DNA from: Candidatus Latescibacterota bacterium
GTDB taxonomy: Bacteria > Krumholzibacteriota > Krumholzibacteriia > JACNKJ01
Length of the DNA stretch: 64,000 bases
Assembly: GCA_020633725.1 (NCBI GenBank)
Contig: JACKDC010000005.1
Location: 172,135 to 236,134, forward strand
Reading direction: 5' to 3'
The position numbers and the translations under genes are program-made. How positions within the stretch are numbered: position 1 is the first letter of the stretch; every line of letters begins with the position of its first letter. Shown piece after piece: positions 59,928 through 64,000 of the stretch. The notes beneath the pieces were generated by a model, which worked only from the letters and a program-made list of their open reading frames with translations, made no database searches and was not told the origin of the DNA.

Positions 59928-61639
59928 CCTGCCGACGTCTCGCGCCGCTCGCCGCGGCGCTCGCCTTCGCCATGCCCTTCGCGCCGGGGGCCGCCCGCGG
60001 CGGCGCGCCAGCGGACGACGCCGCGCTCGCGCTGGTCAACGGCGAGACCGTGACCCTCGCCGACCTGGACGCCGAACTGGGCAGCCGCCCCCTGGACCCC
60101 GCGGCCGCCCCGCCCGCGGTCGACATCCTCGAGCGGCTCGTCGAGAACCGCCTGCTCGAGCAGGAGGGCTATCGCATGGGCGCGGAGGAGGAGCCCGCCG
60201 TCCGCAATCAGGTGCTCGACCTGCGCCGGATACGCGCGGTGGTGGCGCTGCTCGATTCGGTGTCGGCGCAGTCGGCGAGCAGCGCCGCGGCGGCGCTGGA
60301 CAGCGCCATGAACAAGGAGACCACCTTCCGGCACGTGGCGCACATCCTCGTCCCCGACGAGGCGAGCGCGCGCGGCCTGCTCGACAGCCTGGCGGCGGGG
60401 GCCGATTTCGCGGGCCTGGCGCGGCGCCACTCCACCGACGGCAACGCGCCCAAGGGCGGCGACCTGGGCTGGGCGCCCGCCGGCGCCTACGTGCCGGCCT
60501 TCGAGGCGGCCACCGGTTCGCTGGCGCCCGGCGAGGTGGCGGGACCCATCGAAACCGAGTTCGGCTGGCACCTGATCACGCTGCTCGAGACGCGCACGGA
60601 GTCCGCCGGGCAGTCGCCCGCGATGCGCGACGCCATGCACAAGCGCCTGGAGCGCGAGGAGCGCATGGCCGCCGTGCGGCGCTTCGTCGGAGCGCTGAAG
60701 GACGAGTACGGCGTGACCGTCAACGACTCGCTGCTGGCGACCCTGGACTTCGGCTCCACCGATCCCGCGGTGCTGGACCGCTACAAGGACAGCGACGCCG
60801 TCCTGGCGACGCTGCCCACCGGGCGGCTCACCGTGGGGGCGCTGAACCGTCAGATCCTCTTCAAGTACTTCCACGGGCTCTCGGGCCGCGACAACACGGA
60901 CGCCATGCGCGACGAGGTCTTTCGCCAGTGGCTGGACGAGGCCCTGCTCAGCTACGAGGCGCGCCAGCGGGGCTTCGACCACAGTCCCGCCGTGGAAGTG
61001 GAGGCCCGTCAGCTGGAGCGTGCGCTGATTCGCGAGGAGGTGCTCAAGGCCGTCCTGATGGGCGTGCAGGAGCCCGCCGACGCCGACGTGGCCGCCTACT
61101 ACGCGGCCAATGCCCAGCGCTTCGCGGATCCGCCCCGCGTCAAGCTCCGCAGCGTGGGCTTCGGCGACGAAGCCGCCGCCCGCCGCTTCCTCGCGCAGCT
61201 GGAGTCCGGCGCGCAGTTCGGCTGGCTCAGCGCGCGCGATCCCTCGGTGCGCGACGCGGACGACCCCCTGGGCGCGGACTGGCTGGAGCCGTCGGCGCTC
61301 GGCCTCGACGCCGCGCAGCTCGCGCGCGGACAGCGCGTGGGACCGCTGCCCTACGGCGAGGGCGACGGCGGCTGGGCCGTCGGCGAGCTGCAGCTCGTGG
61401 ACCGTCCCGCGCCCCCGCCGCTGACGGCCTGCCGCGGCGCGGTGAGCGCGGCGCTGCTGCGGGAGCGGCAGCACGAGGCCGTCAACGAGGCCATCTCCCG
61501 CTTGAAGGACGCCGCCACGGTGACCTACGCGCCCGGCGCCGAGGCGCGGATCCGCGCGCGGCTCGCGGCGCTCACGACCCCCGACGAGACCAGGTCTGCC
61601 GCGGCTGGCGCCGCCGGCGGCGCTGGCGGAGGACACTGA
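59924..61639 (+). CDS. Periplasmic peptidyl-prolyl isomerase, SurA/PpiD-like (parvulin domain)
   Basis: SurA-N-like LALVNGE.VT..DLD plus parvulin HILV...A..L...L..GADFA.LAR.HS.D....KGGDLGW...G..VP.FE.A...L..GE..GP..T.FGWHLI. The ATG overlaps the upstream stop codon. Confidence 0.85.
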   Translation: MTCRRLAPLAAALAFAMPFAPGAARGGAPADDAALALVNGETVTLADLDAELGSRPLDPAAAPPAVDILERLVENRLLEQEGYRMGAEEEPAVRNQVLDLRRIRAVVALLDSVSAQSASSAAAALDSAMNKETTFRHVAHILVPDEASARGLLDSLAAGADFAGLARRHSTDGNAPKGGDLGWAPAGAYVPAFEAATGSLAPGEVAGPIETEFGWHLITLLETRTESAGQSPAMRDAMHKRLEREERMAAVRRFVGALKDEYGVTVNDSLLATLDFGSTDPAVLDRYKDSDAVLATLPTGRLTVGALNRQILFKYFHGLSGRDNTDAMRDEVFRQWLDEALLSYEARQRGFDHSPAVEVEARQLERALIREEVLKAVLMGVQEPADADVAAYYAANAQRFADPPRVKLRSVGFGDEAAARRFLAQLESGAQFGWLSARDPSVRDADDPLGADWLEPSALGLDAAQLARGQRVGPLPYGEGDGGWAVGELQLVDRPAPPPLTACRGAVSAALLRERQHEAVNEAISRLKDAATVTYAPGAEARIRARLAALTTPDETRSAAAGAAGGAGGGH

Positions 61640-64000
61640 TGCATCGCCTGCTCCCCGCGCACGGCCGCGCGCAAAAGCTCCTCGCGCCCCTCGCCCTCGC
61701 GCTGACGCTGTTCGCGGCCGCGCAGCCGGCGCTGGCCGCGCGGGGCGGTCTGGGCTCGAAGTCCTGCCTCGACTGTCACGACAACCTGAAGAGCGAGACC
61801 CGCCGCAGCGACGCCCACGCCCCCTTCGCCAAGGCCGACTGCGAGGCCTGCCACAAGCCGCACGGCATCATGGGCGGTCTCGTCCTGAAGGCGGAGATCA
61901 ACAGCCTCTGCCTCGAGTGCCACGAGGACGTCGCCGCCCAGCGCGAGCTGCCGGTGCTCCACGGCCCGCTGGACGGCGGCAAGTGCACCGACTGCCACGA
62001 TCCCCACGGCAGCGGCGCGCCGATGCTGCTGCCCGGCAAGGGCGCCGAGGGCTGCTACGCCTGCCACGATCGCGCGGCGTTCACGCGCCCGGTGGTGCAC
62101 GAGCCGCTGCGCAAGCGGGGCTGCAACGCCTGCCACGCGAGCCACGGCAGCGCCGAGCCCGGCCTGCTCGCGAAGCCGGCCACCGCGCTCTGCCTCGACT
62201 GTCACGCGGGCGGCGCCAAGCTGACGACCGCCCATGCGGGCGTGGACGTCGCCGCGGCGGGCGCCTGCGTGGACTGCCACGATCCGCACAGCGCGGACAC
62301 GACGTCGCTGCTGCGCCGCTCGATCCACGCCCCCGTGGCGGACATGGACTGCGCCAGCTGCCACACGGTGGACGCGGCCGGCCAGGTCACGCTGACCGAG
62401 ACGCCCGCCGCCACCTGCGCCATGTGCCACGACGAGGCCGAGCGCAAGCCGGCGGTGGAGCACCCGGCCTTCAGCGACGGCGACTGCATCGACTGCCACT
62501 CGCCCCACGGCAGCAACGAGCCCGGGCTGCTCAAGGCGCCCCAGGCGCAGCTCTGCTTCACCTGTCACGAGGCCGGCGACTTCAAGCGCGCGGACGGCCA
62601 TCCCCCGGCGGTGAAGGGCCAGTGCAGCGCTTGCCACGACGCGCACGGCGCCGCCGAGCCGCAGCTGCTGCGCCAGCCGCAGCGCGAGCTCTGCCGGTCC
62701 TGCCACCAGGAGGCCTCGATCACGCCCGCGGCGGGACAGCACGAGCACACGCCCGCGGCCAAGCGCGACTGCACGGTCTGTCACGCGCCGCACAGCGCGG
62801 CCCAGCCCGGTCTGCTCCGCGAGCCCGCCGGCGAGCTCTGCCTGAGTTGCCACCTCAAGGTGAAGCTGCTCAACGCGTCGGAGCACCCGCACGGCGTCGT
62901 GGCCGCAGGTGACTGCCTGAGCTGCCACGAGCCCCACGTCGCCGCGCGCGCCGATCTGCTCAAGGACGCGCCGGGGACGCTCTGCCTCGGCTGCCACGAG
63001 GACTTCGGCCGCGCGCCCCAGGGCGGCTCGGTGCATCCGCCGGCCGAGGCCGGCGACTGCCTCGACTGCCACCTGCCCCACGGCGGCGAGCGCAAGGGCA
63101 TGCTCACGGAGACGCCGGAGGCGCTCTGCCTCGGCTGTCACGACGCGGGCGCGGACCTGCCGCACCCCCACGCGCCCGTGGCCGAGGGCCGCTGCGCGGA
63201 GTGCCACGACGCGCACCGCTCGCCCGCGAAGCACCTGCTCGCGGCGCCGTCGCCGCTGCTCTGCACGGGCTGCCACGCGGACGTGGTGAGCGCCGAGGGC
63301 GCGACGTCGGTGCACCCGCCCTCCCAGGACGACTGTCTCGTCTGCCACGAGCCCCACGGCGGGCAGCGGGCGGGTTTCCTGGTGGAGCCGGCGACGGCGC
63401 TCTGCTTCCAGTGCCACGATGGCCAGGGCGCCGGCTTCCGCGGCGCGCATCTCGCGCTGGACGACCCGTCGGGCGTCGACTGCCTCGGCTGCCACGAGCC
63501 GCACCGCGGTCTGCAGACCGCGCTGCTGCACGCCAACGAGCATCCGCCCTTCGCGGACCGCGACTGCGGGGTCTGCCACAGCCAGGGCTCGACGTCCGTC
63601 GCCGCCGGCGTCTGCCTCGACTGCCACGACGACCCGGCCGCGGGACCGAACGTCAAGGTGGTGCATGCCCCGGTGGAGGCCGGCGAGTGCCAGGACTGCC
63701 ACAACCCGCACGCCGCGAACGGCGAGCACCTCTTCCGCGGCCCGGTGGGGGAGACCTGCCTCGGCTGCCACGACGAGGGCGCGCTCTACCCCGACCGCGC
63801 GCTCGCCCATGCGCCCGTGCGCGACGGCCAGTGCGAGCGCTGCCACGACGGCCACGCCTCCGCCCAGCCCGCCCTGCTGCGCAAGGCGCCCGGCACGCTC
63901 TGCCTCAGCTGCCACCCGGCCATCGGCGACGCCTCGCGGGGCAAGGCCCACGCGCCCGTCGCCGACGGGGACTGCGCGGCTTGCCACGACAGCCACGGCA
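61639..64000 (+). CDS. Giant multihaem c-type cytochrome (32 CxxCH motifs visible), 3' end outside the window
   Basis: ATG at 61639 overlaps the PPIase stop codon (TGATG) and is preceded by GGAGGA. Signal peptide LALALTLFAAAQPALA. My translation gives 787 codons with no stop and 32 CxxCH motifs. This ORF is not in the supplied track because no stop codon is reached. Confidence 0.9.
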   Translation, partial: MHRLLPAHGRAQKLLAPLALALTLFAAAQPALAARGGLGSKSCLDCHDNLKSETRRSDAHAPFAKADCEACHKPHGIMGGLVLKAEINSLCLECHEDVAAQRELPVLHGPLDGGKCTDCHDPHGSGAPMLLPGKGAEGCYACHDRAAFTRPVVHEPLRKRGCNACHASHGSAEPGLLAKPATALCLDCHAGGAKLTTAHAGVDVAAAGACVDCHDPHSADTTSLLRRSIHAPVADMDCASCHTVDAAGQVTLTETPAATCAMCHDEAERKPAVEHPAFSDGDCIDCHSPHGSNEPGLLKAPQAQLCFTCHEAGDFKRADGHPPAVKGQCSACHDAHGAAEPQLLRQPQRELCRSCHQEASITPAAGQHEHTPAAKRDCTVCHAPHSAAQPGLLREPAGELCLSCHLKVKLLNASEHPHGVVAAGDCLSCHEPHVAARADLLKDAPGTLCLGCHEDFGRAPQGGSVHPPAEAGDCLDCHLPHGGERKGMLTETPEALCLGCHDAGADLPHPHAPVAEGRCAECHDAHRSPAKHLLAAPSPLLCTGCHADVVSAEGATSVHPPSQDDCLVCHEPHGGQRAGFLVEPATALCFQCHDGQGAGFRGAHLALDDPSGVDCLGCHEPHRGLQTALLHANEHPPFADRDCGVCHSQGSTSVAAGVCLDCHDDPAAGPNVKVVHAPVEAGECQDCHNPHAANGEHLFRGPVGETCLGCHDEGALYPDRALAHAPVRDGQCERCHDGHASAQPALLRKAPGTLCLSCHPAIGDASRGKAHAPVADGDCAACHDSHG
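61765..63987 (+). repeat. Tandem coding modules (~48 aa / ~145 bp) each carrying two CxxCH motifs (doubled-CXXCH / cytochrome c3-c7-like)
   Basis: Recurrent LC(L/F)xCH ... H.P(V/F)..G.C..CH.PH(G/S)....LL. At DNA level the string ctctgcctcg(a/g)ctg(c/t)cacga recurs. Confidence 0.75.

Noticed and set aside
61765-63987. A periodic DNA repeat (ctctgcctcgGctgccacga...) that could be mistaken for a CRISPR-like or satellite array.
   Set aside because: The period follows the coding modules of the cytochrome. The repeats are imperfect and in frame, they have no unique spacers of fixed length, and no cas gene is nearby.
55930-63996. Minus-strand ORFs 55930-59379 (1149 aa), 58377-59879, 59771-61636 and 61525-63996 (823 aa).
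   Set aside because: They are antisense to the barrel, lipoprotein, PPIase and cytochrome operon. In particular, 61525-63996 is the complement of a frame carrying 32 CxxCH motifs and a signal peptide.

Overview
High-GC (roughly 70% by eye), densely packed chromosomal segment from a diderm bacterium. I call about 50 CDS and 3 tRNAs, including a selenocysteine tRNA. I saw no rRNA, CRISPR array, integrase or transposase. Three secreted proteins end in a T9SS-type (Por_Secre_tail / FlgD-like) C-terminal domain, which suggests, as inference only, an FCB-superphylum-like lineage such as Gemmatimonadota or Eisenbacteria-like. Most genes are housekeeping: acnA, nth, waaA, uvrA, galE, glmM-glmS-ridA, lepA-lepB-hemW, hrcA-grpE-dnaJ-rsmE, and yqeY-cvpA-mutS2-dnaG-rpoD. 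Two modules stand out. (1) nt 4285-10114 is an operon encoding a T9SS-tailed 8-repeat propeller, a predicted extracytoplasmic TPR-CHAT caspase-like protease, an ECF sigma factor and a ZAS anti-sigma factor. The last three genes are translationally coupled. The layout resembles the Csx29/Csx30/RpoE logic of type III-E CRISPR systems, but no cas gene is present. (2) nt 56008 to the window end is an operon encoding an outer-membrane barrel with a discoidin-like insert, LpoB/PelC-like lipoproteins, a SurA-like PPIase and a giant multihaem cytochrome c. The cytochrome has 32 CxxCH motifs in the 787 codons visible here. Its ORF is missing from the supplied ORF track because it runs off the window. 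Because of the high GC, the six-frame track is full of long shadow ORFs, and I rejected those. All calls rest on motif and family recognition by eye, frame context, RBS and overlap inspection. No database search was run.
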